Below, piece by piece: positions 1 to 15,518 of a stretch of 64,000 nt of DNA. This DNA is from the human T2T-CHM13v2.0 reference genome, Homo sapiens. The position numbers were made by a program, and so were the translations under genes. The notes under the pieces were generated by a model. It was not told the origin of the DNA. It saw only the letters and a program-made list of their open reading frames with translations, and searched no databases. Position 1 is the first letter of the stretch; each line of letters opens with the position of its first letter. The DNA is taken from assembly GCF_009914755.1 (NCBI RefSeq), contig NC_060926.1. One strand, given 5' to 3'.

Positions 1-965
1 ATTAGTTCTTCTTTAAGTGTTTGGTAGAATTTATTAGTGAATCCATCACGTCTTTGGATTTTCTTTAATGGGAGGCTTTTTATTATTGCTTCAATCTTCT
101 TACTGTTTCTTCATAGTTCAACCCTGGTAGATCATGTGCATCCAGGAATTTATTAATTTCTTCTAGGTTTTTCAACTTGTTGCATATAGCTGTTTATATA
201 GTCTGTAATTATCCTTTGTATTTCTGTGGTATCAGTTGTAATATTCCCTTTTCAGTTTGTGTTTTTATTTATTTGGGTCTTCTTTTTTCTTAGTCTGGCT
301 AAAAGTTTGCCAATTTTGTTTATCTTTAAAAAAACCACAGCATTTAGTTTTGTTGATCTTTTATATTTGTTTTATTCTCAATTTTATTTATTTCTATTCT
401 GATCTTTATTCTATCCTTCCTTCTACTAATTTTGAGTTTGGTTTGTTCTTGCTTTTCTAGTTCCTTGAGGTGCATCATTAGGTTTTTTGTTTGAAATCTT
501 TCTACTTTCTACTTTTTTGATGTAGGCATTTATTGCCATAAACTTTCCTCTTGCACTGATTTTGCTGTATCCCATAGGTTCAGGTGTGCTATGTTTTAAT
601 TTTCATTTGATTCAAGAAATTTTTAAATTTCCTTCTTACATTCTTCATTGACTCACTGGTTGTTCAGGAGCATGTTGCTTAATTTCCATGTATTTGTACA
701 GTTTCCAAAGTTCCTTTTGTAACTCATTTCTAGTTTTATTCCCTTATGATCAGAAAAGATACTTGATATGACTGCAACATTTTAAAAGTTGTTGAGAATT
801 GTTTGTGGCCTAACATATGGTCTATCCTGGCAAATGTTCTAAGTGCTGATGAGAAATATGTGTATGCTAAAGTAGTTGAATGAAATATTCTGTAAGTGTC
901 TGTTAGGTCCATTTGGTAGACTATAGTTTAACTTTGATATTTCTTTGTTGATTTTCTGTGTAGAC
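1..965 (-). mobile_element. L1 ORF2-region fragment (L1PB/L1MA-like), antisense
   Basis: Typical antisense L1 motifs (tttggtagaatt, tgctgatgagaaatatgtgtat, tctgttaggtccatttgg). Confidence 0.85.
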
Positions 966-999
966 AATTTATAGGTTCCTTTCAATCTTGGACTGTTAC

Positions 1000-3900
1000 T
1001 AAAAAGATGCACTGAGTATAATTATACATAATTTACTTCATACTTATTTAAATACTTTTGGAGATTAAATTTCCAGAAATGAATTTCGTAGGTCAATGGT
1101 GTTTATCTTTATAACTTTGGTAGCTATTGCTCATTTATTTTCACAGAGGTGCATCACATTATACTCTCAAAGTAATACATGGGAGTTAGCCCTTACCCAC
1201 AGTCACACCAATAGAGTACATAATCAGACTTTTGTATTTTTGTCAATCTGAGAGGTGAACAATGGTATCGCAATGTAGTTTTAATTTGTATTTATATTAT
1301 TAGTAACTGGAGAGATTTTCTTTTTAACTTTTAAGAACTACTTGTTTTTCTTTTCTGTAAAAGGTCTATTCGTATCCTTTGGCCATTTTTCTTAGATTTT
1401 TATTTTTGCCTTATTGATCTATATGTACTCTTGTACTAGAAAGATTAACCCTTTTTAATATGAGCTGCAGAGGATTTTTAAAAAATATATTGTTGTTTGA
1501 TAGGACTTTCTCTTCTGATTCATTGGTCTATAGAGTTGATCCTGAGTTTCTCTAGCTTTATTAATATAATGAGTTATATATTGTTTTTTAGAGATTTCTT
1601 AATATTATTTGTTTTCCCAAATGACATTAGAATCAGCTTTTCTTCTTCCCAAATAAAAATCTATTTTTACTGGTGTGTTAGGCTTTTCTCACATTGCTAT
1701 AAAGAAATACCTGGTACTGGGTGATTTACAAAGAAAAGAGGTTCAATTGGCTCGTGGTTCTGCAGGTTGTACAGGAAGCATGGTGCTGGAATCTGCTTGG
1801 CTTTTGTAGAAGTGTCGGGAAACTTACAATCATGGCAGGAGGCAAATGGGGGGCAGGCACCTCACGTGGCAGGAGCAAGAGAGAGCAAGGAATGAGATGC
1901 TACACGCTTTTAAACGACCAGAAATCACAAGAACTCACACACTATTGCAAGGACAGTACCAAGAGGGATGGTGCTAAACTATTCATGAGAAATCCATCCC
2001 CATGGTCCAATCAACTTCCACCAGGCCCCACCTTCGACATTGGGAATTACATTTCAATATGAGATTTGGGCAGGGACACAATCCACATTATATCAACTGA
2101 GATCATATTAAATTTGTGCATCAATTTAAGGATAATTGACATTTTCTTAATATTGAATATTGTTCAAGTATTTTTATTGTTCAGGAATGCAGGTCTTGAA
2201 CACTTTTTTGGTAATATATCTGTTTGTTGCAATTTAGATTTCAGATATTTATTTCTTATATTAATTTTCCACCAGACTACCATACTAAAGTATCTGAATA
2301 TTTGTATCAAATAAAAAAATTATGTAACTTGAAAGTACAGTAGTAATAATTTACATCTTCTTTCCTATTTTTATATCTGCCAAATCTTGGTATTAACGAA
2401 AATTACTTCGGTGTTGCTAAATCAGAGTTTGACTTTCAGGCTGAGGTTGCTGTATTTCATTACATTAAGTATCTTTCTACTATTGTTTTCTTTAGATTTT
2501 TTAAAACTTAAGAATAAGAATGTCGTAAATGTCTTTACAGGGTTTAAGGAGATAATCTTATTTTTCCTTTAGCTTTATTAATAAAATGAATTGTATATTC
2601 ACAAATTTGCTAGTATAGACCCATTTTTGCTCTATGTGAACCCTGCTGTTCATAATGTGTTGTTTAATATGCTGTTAGAATCTGTTTGCAGTATTTTATG
2701 ATGTTTGTATTAATATTTTTAAGACTGAATATGTATGCAATCCTAACCTAGTTTAATATTAATATTATAATAGCATCACAAAAAATGATAATATCTCCCA
2801 TACCTCTTTTTTGATTTGGTTTTTGTTTTCTATGCACTGAGCTAGTTTAAATAGCATTGGAATTATCTACTAAAAAGTATTGATAGAATTTCCCCATGAG
2901 ATTACCTTCTTTTGTGAGTTTTAGATGTTTAAGTCTTTTCTCTATTTCTCCTATTAAAATCTATTAGTTTCCATTTTGTTCCTTGCTGGGATTAGGATGA
3001 ATAAGTAATATTCTCCCAAAAAATTATTCATTTAATCTAGATTTGTCAATTTAAGCAATGTCTCTTTTATGATGTGCTTATTTTTCCCTATTTTGTGAAT
3101 ATCTTTCTGCATATGTTTTTCTTTTCATAGCTTTACCTTCTTATGTTTTCTTGATCAATTGGTATTCCTCTCCCTCACCACAACAAACTTGACTTATGTA
3201 TCAGTGTAACTGTCATTTTATGTTTTCTAACTATTAATTTCAGCTTTTTTCTTTGTTAATTGCATACCGCTGCTTTATTTTAGATTTGTTTCATGTACTT
3301 TTATAACACTTTTTAGTCTTATTATTGATTTATTTGTTTTCTTTCTAATTTTAAAATTGATCTACAGTTTAAAGCTATGAATTGTTCTCTCTGCACTGTT
3401 TTGGCAATTTCCCAAAAGTCTTGATCTGGAGCTTTTAAAAATCATTCTTATAAAGGAAATTTTACCAATTCAGTATGTATTTCTCTTTATCCTAAAAGTA
3501 ATTTCAGATCAATTTACTTTAAACTTGCCAGGTAATTGAGTCTTTTCATTTTCTGAGTTTTTTATTGATTGTTAGTCTTATTGGATTATACTCAGATACC
3601 ATGGTCAGCAATATATACTTTTTGGAGATATTAAAGATTTTGTATAGTTATAGTCAACATTTTATGAGCATTTCTTTTGAAAGCTATAATCTTTATTTCA
3701 AGTCACAGCGTTAAACATTTATGTTAGATTTACCATCTTAATTGATATATTTGTCCCCTTGATCTGTCATGGACTTAGGTTAATAAAACTTCTGCCACAG
3801 GATATTTCTCTCTCCTTATAGTCTCTGTAATGTTTGCTTTATGAGTGTTGGTGTGGTATTGTGTTATGAACAGCAATTCATAACTGTTTTATCTTTACTG

Positions 3901-5650
3901 TGAATTTTTCAAATTATTGACAAAACTATCAAGTGATAACAGATTAGGTAGAAGGAAGAGGAAAGCTGCTAAATCTATAATTGTTCAAGGAAGAGAACTA
4001 ATAGAATGAAGAAAAAGAAAAATTTAAAACCTTAAATATCAAAATAAGTACTAAATAAAAAATGAGTAAATTACTCAAAAAAAAAGCAAATCATCTCATG
4101 TTGAAAGACTTTTTAAAAAAGCTTTAGAAATAGAAAATATGACATTAAATGACATTGAATTAAGACCAGACATATGTGTCAAAGTAATAAATATCAATAG
4201 GTTTAATTCACATATTGAAAGATAAAGTCATCAGATTGTACTACAAAGCAAAGACACTCAATTAAAATAAATAACTCAGAAAAAAATTGAATAAAAGGAT
4301 GAGCAAAAGTATAAGTAGAAAATGTAAAATAAAGCAAGATGCAATCTTTATATATGACAAAATGGAATTCAGACCAAAAAAAAATGATGAGGGATACTTT
4401 TGTCAATAATTTTAACTTTCTTGATATTCACTTTGTATTCTTAGATTTGATTATACTTGTTTTACCTGATCTATCATGTTTAAATTATGGATAGTGAGTA
4501 AAACTACGTTAACTCCTCTATTTGTTTAGTTGTTTATTTTTACACTTTCACATATCATTTCCTATTTACTGTTACCTTAATCTCCACATTTGTTCAGTCT
4601 CAGTCCTATAATTAAATATATTCGATAGTCACAATATGTCATTTTGTTATAGTTTCACCAGTCATCTCTTGGCTGACTTAAGTTCTTTTTCCAGTAATGA
4701 AGAATTCATGGGAAAAATATTAGCTGAACACTTGCTTGATCAATACCAGTAAAACTTATACAATTTGACTTGGTCAAACATAGCATTCATGTATCATGTT
4801 TTTTTTTCTCTGAGTATTGTACAGGTATTTCTATATTAGTCTCTGTCATTGAATGGTTGCATTTGATACATTTGAAGCCAATCTGACATTTCTTTCTTTA
4901 TTCTGACTTAACCTTTTTTGAGTGGAACTTCAGTTTTTTCTCTATCCTTAAAATCCAATAATTTTAATAGGCAGTAACCAAAATTGACCATTCTGAGTTA
5001 ATCGCTCCCAACTAACTCAGAGGATGTTGCATTTTTTCAATGTAGATTCAAATCATTTTTATTTCCTCAAAGTTGTCTTGAATTATAACTTTAAAAAATA
5101 TTCTTCTCAGGCTTTTCTTCTTTGGAAACTCATTTTGATTATGATAGAACTTATTTATCTGCTTACTAAATTTGTCATTTTCTCTCTAAACTATTTTAAA
5201 TATATCTTTTTGTTTATTTTTTCTCACAACTATCTTTTGTCCCTTGCTAGTTTTTCCATAGTATCCTGCCTTTCTTGAAGTTTTTCAAATCTTTTTTCCT
5301 TTCTTTTATGTGTTTTGTTTTTCTTTTCTAGTTCTTTCCTGATTTCTGCATGCTCATTTTCATCCCTCCTATTGTTAAGATATGTTAATCCTATTCCTAC
5401 ATTTTTACTTGGCTTTTTCCAAACGCATGGAATATTATTTCATTAAGCTTCTGTTGTTTTCTTTATGTATTCATTTTCATTACATTTCTCATCCACTTTC
5501 AGGCAATCTTTTCCTCGTGCATATTTTTCATCTGCTTGTAGATTTCTCCCATTTTTCATGGAAAATCTTTGTGTTGGTGCTATACCCAGTTCTTTTTTCA
5601 TTGTTCGTCACTGAATGTGTTGAATTTTCCTAGATTAGCAATTTGGGGGA
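1000..5650. mobile_element. Highly degraded L1M/L1ME fragments (mostly antisense; sense piece ~4000-4400), interrupted by an MST LTR
   Basis: Diverged L1-like motifs and T-rich composition. Boundaries approximate. Confidence 0.55.
1674..2095 (-). mobile_element. MSTA/MSTB solo LTR (ERVL-MaLR)
   Basis: tgtgttagg...cattgctataaagaaatacctg...atatca, with near-TSD ACTGG/ACTGA. Confidence 0.9.
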
Positions 5651-6635
5651 GGTACCTAAGCAGGAGGCTAGGGGAGAAAGGATACAGTAGCCCTTCAGAT
5701 TTTTCATTTGCTCACTACTTCCATCCCTTAGGGGTCCTGTTGATTCTTTCTATGGATGTGCCTCCTTTTTCTGCAGGATACATAATGTAACCACTGCTCT
5801 GAAAATGGCCCTGCTCTCTTGTATTCTATACCCTTAATTGTATCAAGGGTGTAGCTTTTGGAATTCAAATTGGGCACCTTATTTTTACTTTAGATAATTT
5901 TTTTTTTTAAACTGGAACTTCAGTAGATATTCCATCGCTTGAGCTTTTACCATTCTGCTCTGACTTTTTTCAGTTCCTCCTATGCAGATTCCACCCAATA
6001 TCATCAATATAGGCAGAAGAACCATTGGGGACAAAAAGAGAGGATTATTAAGTTTCTCATAATGAATTACTTGAAACGAGAGAATATATATTAGAAATAA
6101 GGTTTCAAAGGTATGCCTGGGTTGGTACACTATGAATTTTAATAAGTTAGAACTGTATGATATTTTTAAGTGATGGATTTTAAAAAATTAATCATTTGCA
6201 TAATTAATCAGACTCTGCTAATTAATTCTATAAAACTATATGCAAAATGCATAAAATATTTTTGAAATTAAAATTTGGACTAATAAAGAGGAGTTAAAAT
6301 GATAATTAGAAACTTTCTTTGATGCAACAACAATATGTGCTCTTTAAGAAAAATCTGGAAAACATAGGAATAAAGCATAAATTAAAATATTTAACATTTT
6401 GGCTATAGTTAAATATAAATGCATACATGTTATTGTTTTAAAACTAGAATCACACTCAAAATATTGTGATCTCTATTTTAATCTTTTTGTATATATATTC
6501 TTTTAAATAGGATTTTTATAATGGCTGCAGAGTATCTCTTCATATGCAAAGGTGTAATTTGTTTTTATCAGTTCTCCATTATAAGATATTCAGATGGTTT
6601 CGACACTGAAAATTGTATTGTGTTAATTGTCCTAA

Positions 6636-7411
6636 TGAAGCAGGATATTTCCCTGACCCCTTCGCGGAATTCCTGACAGGGGTGCCTCATTTACTCAGCC
6701 CCGCTCGCTGCTCTCAGCTCCTCGCGGGAGGGAGTGCACGAGCGAACGAGTACGGGAGCTGGAATGAATGAGTGCTGGAATCGGCTGGCCACTTGGCGCT
6801 GGTAGGACCCAACCCCACTCACTCGGACCTGCAGCGTTCCACCCCTCATGGGAGGGAGCGCACAGGTGAGCAGGTGTAGGAACTGACCCCACGCTTTAGA
6901 ACCGGCAGGATTGAACTCCATGCAGGCCCCACAGCAGACTCCAACCGGGGGTGCCTGCGACTCTCAGAGCCCCAGAGGGCACGTTACAGTGCTCTTTTAG
7001 CTCTGCTGTCCGCAGTCCTTAGTCCGCATTAGTGTTAATAGCTCAGTGGGGCCTCTGACTTTTCACATGAGGCGGCTGCCTTCCACCAGCCAGGGTGAAG
7101 AGCCAGTGTGACAGCCAGACTCTTCTCGAAGTTACGAAGTTACGCCACCAAGCTGTCCCTCTGAAGTCAAGCCACTTCTCTCCTATGCCCAGCTGTATCC
7201 TGTCTACTGGCTGAGTCTGGGATTAATATAGGCACAGGATGGGGCGGGGTGGGGCCATGAGTGGTTTAGGAAAAAGCAACATTTGAGCGGGAAAACAGGG
7301 ATAGAAGTTCTCACTTTGGGCTGTGGTTTCAGGCTTTTCAGCTTGAGGGTAGGAATTCCTGGGGACCTACTCTTTTCTGCCTAGATTTTCTGTGCCTGCT
7401 GTTCCCTATCA
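6636..7411 (-). mobile_element. ERV1 solo LTR, MER52/LTR27/LTR28 group, CpG-rich
   Basis: TG...CA termini, 4-bp TSD CTAA (6632-6635 / 7412-7415), and the gatatttccctgaccccttcgc motif. Confidence 0.8.
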
Positions 7412-8505
7412 CTAATACACAAATCTTGGTGTACTTCAAATAGTGTAATCCAAATAGTGTAATCCAATTTAGATAAATTGGAAGGAGTAAAATTTCTGGG
7501 ACAGAAAACAATGCATATTTCCCATATATCTTCTTAAATTGTCCTCTAGAAAGATTTTATTACTTATTTATTATCATTATTCAACAGTGGTTGATTTCCT
7601 TTTCTTTGAATCTTTAATGAAAATATGCATAATTTTAAGTCATTTTGTATATTTGATATATAAAATATGGTCTCATCTTTACATTATAGTGTGAAACATT
7701 AGTGAGATTGAGGTGTTTTTGTTTGTTTTGTTTGCTTCTCCTGAATTCATGGGGCACAGACATTTCTCCTTTATAAACTGCCTGTCCCTGCTCTGTAGCT
7801 GGGTTGCTCTTGGTACATTGTCCTTTTTCTATGTAAAAACTCTTAGTGAAAACTCTTTCATATGGGACAAATATCACTTCTCTTCCCCATCTCTGGTTTG
7901 CCTTGCAATTTTGTCTGTCTTTTTAATACAGAATTTTAAATGTTTATAAATCTGTTGGTATGTTCCTTTGAATTTTCTTCTGTTTTATACTTAGAAATTT
8001 CTGTTTTGAAAATCATGAGTATGTAAATATAATTTTTTCATTTTTGCATTTTGGAAATGTCATAATTAAGAGGTGATAATTGTGACATGATCTGAGGACT
8101 GTTTCTGTATTTACCGTCATATCTCATTTGTCTCACTGATGTTTCTTTACTAGAATTAGTCTCATTTATGTACTGCATTTTATAATATGCAATATTATCA
8201 TATAAAGCATATAAGATACTATTACAAGATAATATAGCATATTCCTCACTATACTTTTCTATTCTATATAAATTTTAAAACATTTTGTCATCTCCCAAAA
8301 AATAGTGTCTTGGAATTTTTATTTGGACATCACTAAAACTAAAATATTTAGGGATAATTGATCAGAAGCAACATGATATTTCTCTTTCTAAATTTTTTAT
8401 ATTTTTCTCTAAATTGTTTTATAGTCTTTTTCATGTAATATATACACACACGTATGTGATTTTCCCTATATATTTTGTATTTTATGTCTGGCTTATTTTA
8501 CATTC

Positions 8506-9142
<637 letters not shown>

Positions 9143-9564
9143 AACAATATGAAAGCAACCAATTTCCTTTAAAAGTATTTTTAAAACTTTCAACAATTGT
9201 ATGGGCTTTTTGGGTACATTTCTCTTTAGAGATTCTATTGTGAAAATATTGTATTAATTGTTTGACCTTTTTGAGCTTTTAGCTTAATTTTAAAATAAAA
9301 ACTGCTTAATATTTTTGTTCATTTTATATTAAATAAAAACCGGTCATTAACTATAACTCTTAAGTTGACATTTCACACAAAAATAATAATAGAGATGGAT
9401 AGATTTTTATCCTCATTCTTTTAATTATAAATATTAATTACCATATGATACCAGATAGTATTTTATCTGCTGAAGTATTTGATGACTTATATTACAAATG
9501 GCTTTATAATGCAGGCCCCAGATTTCTAAATTAGTAGTGTTTATTTTTATAGATCAAAATATCA

Positions 9565-9864
<300 letters not shown>

Positions 9865-9888
9865 CTAATGTTTTTATTTATATTTTAG

Positions 9889-9941
9889 ATTAGTGGGATG
9901 GTTTGGCCATGAACTCAGCACCAGATTTAAGATGGATAACA
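9889..9941 (+). CDS. KYNU: Kynureninase coding exon (53 nt; aa 301-319, LVGWFGHELSTRFKMDN)
   Basis: Acceptor ttttag| and donor |gtaagt. Translation matches the human KYNU sequence I recall, including PLP-site Trp305. Phase 2 to 1 joins the next exon in frame. Confidence 0.97.
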
Positions 9942-10259
9942 GTAAGTGTATTTATTTTACCTAATGTCATTTTTATTTTAACTTTATTTCAATGTTCATC
10001 TGTCTTTGTATTATGTGTAATGTATATGCCCCAGGGAGAGTGCACTTCAAAAATGTCACTGAGAATTCTCAAATAAGAAATGACATTTCCAGAGTGTAAG
10101 ACTAAGAGTTTATAGATTTTAGCATGATTTTGAGTCTATCCCTTAGCAGGGAGATAAAAGAAAATGAAGTCCAAGGTAAGGGTCATGTGGCTTGGTCAGG
10201 TGCCATCAACATAGAGTGCCTGAAACACTGGGCATGGAGGACAGGAGGAAATTTGGGGC

Positions 10260-10480
10260 TTGGAGTCAGATCCAGAAAGACCTGGGTGTTAATCACACTT
10301 TGCTGCTTAATAGTTTTTTGATCCTGCACAAGTTATATCATCTTGTGTCATTGTTTTTTCTTTCCCACTTATCTAATGTGAATAATAAAATCTATTTAAA
10401 GATTTGGTTTTAGGGTTAGTCAAGCTCAAAACAATAAGCCAAGTAGGACACAGCAGTACCTTAATAAATACTCATTTTCA
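10260..10480 (+). mobile_element. MIR
   Basis: Diverged MIR core (ggagtcaga...gacctggg...aagttatatcatc). Confidence 0.6.
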
Positions 10481-10719
10481 CTCCTCTTTTTTCCTATTTT
10501 CCTTTTGTGGCTTTTGCCATGTACCAAAGAGTGTAGCAATTCCTGTGAGCAGTTAACCCCAGCAGATAGAAGTGAAACTCTACCATGCAGAGCTTCCTTT
10601 TCCTGCATGACCTCATTTCTCAATCACATGGGATGCAGAAAGATCATACGTGCTTTGAGAGTTCAACATAAACTTGATCCTTCAGATTGCTTTAAACCCT
10701 GAGATACTGTTTTAAATTT

Positions 10720-10974
10720 GTTTTCATTTTTTATTGACTTTATTTTTTTGTTTTTGAAACAAGGTCTTGTTCTGTCACCTAGGCCGGAGTACAGTGGTGC
10801 GATCAGGCTCAGTTCAGCCTTGATATTCCTGGCTCAAGCAATCTTCTCGCCTTAGCTTCCTAAGTAGCTGGGACTAGAGGTGTGCACCACCATGACTGGA
10901 TGATGATGATGATGCTGATTATTATTATTATTATTTAGTGGAGATGAGGTCTTGCTATGTTGTCCAAGCTGGCC
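10720..10974 (-). mobile_element. AluJ, 5'-truncated, with (GAT)n(ATT)n middle linker
   Basis: Antisense Alu right arm plus part of the left arm. Confidence 0.88.
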
Positions 10975-10995
10975 TGAGATAATATTTTATATATA

Positions 10996-11362
10996 TAGGT
11001 GCTCTTTGACTTACAATGGGGTTATTTCCTGATAAGCCCATCATAAGCTGAAAATATCATAAGTAAAAAATGCATTTAATACACCTAATCTATAGAACAT
11101 CATAGCTTAGCCTAGCCTACCTTAAAACACATTCAAAACACTTACATAGCCTAGAGTTGGGCAAAACCATCTAACACAAATCCTATTTTATAATAAAGCA
11201 TTGAATATATTATATGATTTATTGAATACTATACTAAAAGTGGAAAACACAATGGGCGTATGGGTAGTCGAAGTATGGCTTCTACTTAAGATGTACTGCT
11301 TTTGTATCACTGTAAAATTGAACAATTTTAAGTCAAACCATTGTTAAGTCAGGGACCATTGG
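10996..11362 (+). mobile_element. MER47A (TcMar-Tigger MITE)
   Basis: Matches the recalled MER47A consensus (gacttacaatggggtt...gcttagcctagcctacc...aagtcagggacc); TA flanks. Confidence 0.85.
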
Positions 11363-11704
11363 TATGCAGATTTGTAGCAACCAAATTGCAAAATGGGATA
11401 TTCCAGTCAAGTCAGGATACCTGTATTTTACCTTGGCTGCTAAAATAATTAGATCTGTTATTATACCAGTTATTTAAATTCTTTGAGATGGGTTTTCTTA
11501 TTTGGAAATAAAGGAATTGAATTTGATCAGGGGTAGCAAACTTTTTCTGTGAAAGGCCAGATAGGAAATATTTTAAGCTTTCTAGGCTATACAGTCTCTG
11601 TGGCAAATACTCAATTCCGTCATTGTGGTGGTAAAGCAGCCATAGGTGATACATAAGTGAAAGATTGTGGCTATGTTTTCATAAAACTGTATTTTAAAAA
11701 GCAG

Positions 11705-12003
11705 GGCCTGGCACGAAGACTCACGCCTGTAATCCCAGCACTTTGGGAGGCAAGGCAGATGGATCAATTGATCACAGGAGTTTGAGACCAGCCTGGGTGA
11801 CATAGTGAGACCTTGTCTCTATAAAAACTACAGAAATTAGCCAGGAGTGGTGGTATGCATCTGTAGTCCCAGCTACTTGGGAGCCTGAGGCGGGAAGATC
11901 ACCTGAGCCCGGGGAGGTCAAGGCTGCAGTGAGCCATGATTGAGCCACTGCACTCAGGCCTGGGTAACAGAGTGATACTCTGTCTCAAAAACAAAAACAA
12001 AAC
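11705..12003 (+). mobile_element. AluJ
   Basis: J diagnostics (gtcaaggctgcagtgagccatgat). Confidence 0.92.
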
Positions 12004-12039
12004 TAGTGGGTCAAATTTGGCCCACAGGCCATATGGCCA

Positions 12040-12749
<710 letters not shown>

Positions 12750-12971
12750 CCATAGTTTGCTTAATCCTGGATTTGATAACTATAAAAAAGTCATCAAGTT
12801 TTAACATTCTTTTAGTCAGTCATAGTGTTAACTTATCTCTGACTAGCTATCTTAACCCTATTGAATTTAACTTGCTACAGTTCAATCTGCTTAATTCTAA
12901 TTAGTAGAGCATCTGTTATTAATTTACCTTTTTTATATACTTAGGCAGATCTTTTTTTTAAAGCTCCCTCT

Positions 12972-12973
<2 letters not shown>

Positions 12974-13019
<46 letters not shown>

Positions 13020-13028
13020 TGTGTGTGT
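12974..13028 (+). repeat. (TG)n microsatellite
   Basis: About 22 perfect TG units plus a short extension. Confidence 0.97.
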
Positions 13029-13492
13029 TCTGTAAGAGAAACCACTTGACCTAACAATCCTAGAGCTAAAAGTCAGCTTCATAGGTCATTTCATTCATAT
13101 TTCTGCCTTTGGGAGACATTACAATTACATGCCACTAAAAGCTGATGCTCTCTCTCATTGACATGGTTTCATAATAGAATAGCAAATGTTGAGCAGAATA
13201 AGGAATCCTGGCTTGGGAATAGGAAGGCAGAGAATGAGATCCAGAAAAACTTCCAGAAGAGGTCATTTTTACCTTGGGTCTAAGATTTCTGGTGTTCTGC
13301 TAAGAAGTTGGGGACAAGGGAGGTGGGAACTGCTGGTAAACGGGAAATAACGTCGATATTTTAGTTCCATGGAGCTTATCTTAAATATCTCAGAAATCCT
13401 ACTTAGGAAGAAAAGTTTAAGTCTTGCTCTTTTACTCTCCAGTACTCTAGTATCTTTATGGACACTTTTAAAGTTACCTTCTATGATAATGA

Positions 13493-13654
<162 letters not shown>

Positions 13655-14710
13655 TGACAATTCATAGTACTTTCTCTGCTACACAGCAAGATGATACATG
13701 TGCACTGTGCATGAACAAGGGACAGAAGGCAGCATTCCCCTTTAGGACAGTGATGATGTGGTGAGGGTCTCCCTTCATTCATGTCACCAGCCCCCAGCAC
13801 AATGCTTGGCACATTGTTGGCACATAGTAAATATTAAATGGAACTCTTTTGGGGAGATACGTTTTTTACTCCACTTAGAATCTGTTTAAACATGAATAAG
13901 TTATTTAACCTTCTCTTGGCCTCTCTTTATACCAAATAAGCATGCAATATTTAGTTCTTCATAAATTCGCTCATTCAACATAAATTTATTGAGAAAATAT
14001 TGTGTGCCTGATGTGATTACTAGGGACTGTACTTTTTCTAGTTCATTGTAGGTGAATGAACTGACCAAGTACCATGTGACAAAGCTAGGAAAGACTTACT
14101 TGAAGGAAAAAAGAATAATCAGAGTAAACCAAAGATTAAATAAGGTTGTCTCATAAGGTAGGGTGGTTTTATGATTTTTTTAAATTGGGACTTCTATGCC
14201 ATTATGTCCATTTATAGTCTCCACTATCACTGACTCAATATTTTCCTTTAAATTAATTTATATTTTTATTTAGGTAAATTTAGTCTCACCCTGAAATGAT
14301 AAATATACATAACAAGAAAATGAAATTGTGATTCCTTAGATACTATTATTTAGTGTTAGACTAAATGTGGCCAAGTAAAAATATATAGGTTATATAGTAT
14401 AAAATTCATATATAATGTAAATGTATAAATATTTACATAAATAATGTAAATATATAAAGTAATTGTATATTTTGTATACCTATATTTAAGTAAAATATAT
14501 TTTAAGTAAATGTGCATATATATTTCTAATAGAAGTTTTACATAGAACTATTCAAACAAGGATTTGAAATTTTTTCATGTCTCCTTCTAAAATCATGTAG
14601 TTTATGATATTTTGGCAAAAACTTATAGAGGATTTCAGCATCAAATGAGTGACAGGATGAAGATTCAAAATTCCTTCTAATCTAAAATTGCATAATTCTG
14701 TGAACACTTA

Positions 14711-14855
14711 CAGCAGTTTCTCATTCTGGCCACTGGATGGCAGCATCAAGTTCCTCTGTTTTTATTAAATTTCACCACTGGATAGTGATCATCACCTCAT
14801 TTCATTCTGTCTCAATTTAAAGCGCACCTACTCAGTTTAACCACTAGATGGAGCT
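14711..14855 (+). promoter_or_regulatory. Cluster of CTCF-like motifs
   Basis: TGGCCACTGGATGGCAGCA (14727-14745) with an upstream GCAGTTTC module; CCACTAGATGGAGCT (14841-14855); weaker CCACTGGATAGTGA (14775-14788). Confidence 0.6.
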
Positions 14856-15417
14856 TGTGTTGTTTTCACTTCATGGCAGAATTTTTCTTTAACTTGGAAA
14901 ATAGACACAGTAACGAGATTTTTCAGCCAGTGATATATATTTTTGACAGTTTTTTGAGTAAAAATCTGCTTAGTAAATCAGATAATGATATTTGAGTTGT
15001 TTTTATAGTATCCATTCAGATAAATATTTTGTTTAAACATTTTAAAACAAAATAAAGTTTCTGCATTCCTTGCAAGTTTGTATCAGCGAGATGTGTGACA
15101 ATATCAGAAGCACCAGGACATACCTTAGGAAGAGCTTGTACCTAAAGTAATTTCCTCTGGTGCCCATATCTTTGCAAATAACTTCTCAGACGTACCTGGA
15201 AATTTCCTTTTAGACGCCTTCACTTTGGCATACTTTCTGCAGTGGACTGGCTTTTCTAGTAGTATTCACCCTTCTCTTGTGGGAAAGGAAGCACATTCCT
15301 ATTCTTCCAGCCACTGTTTTCCTACCACACTGTATTAGAGTCACCTAGACAAAGTTTTTATTTTCAGTTATAATCTGAGAACTGATTTATTTTTTCTTTT
15401 TAATATCTAAACTTAAA

Positions 15418-15518
15418 CCTCAGCCTCCTGAGTAGCTGGGACTACAGGTGTGCACCGCTACACCAGGCTAATTTTTGTAGTTTTTTGTACAGATAAAGTC
15501 TTACTATGTTACCCAGTC
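15418..15518 (-). mobile_element. Internal Alu fragment without poly(A), flanked by a 16-bp direct repeat
   Basis: AATATCTAAACTTAAA at 15402-15417 and 15519-15534. Confidence 0.85.
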
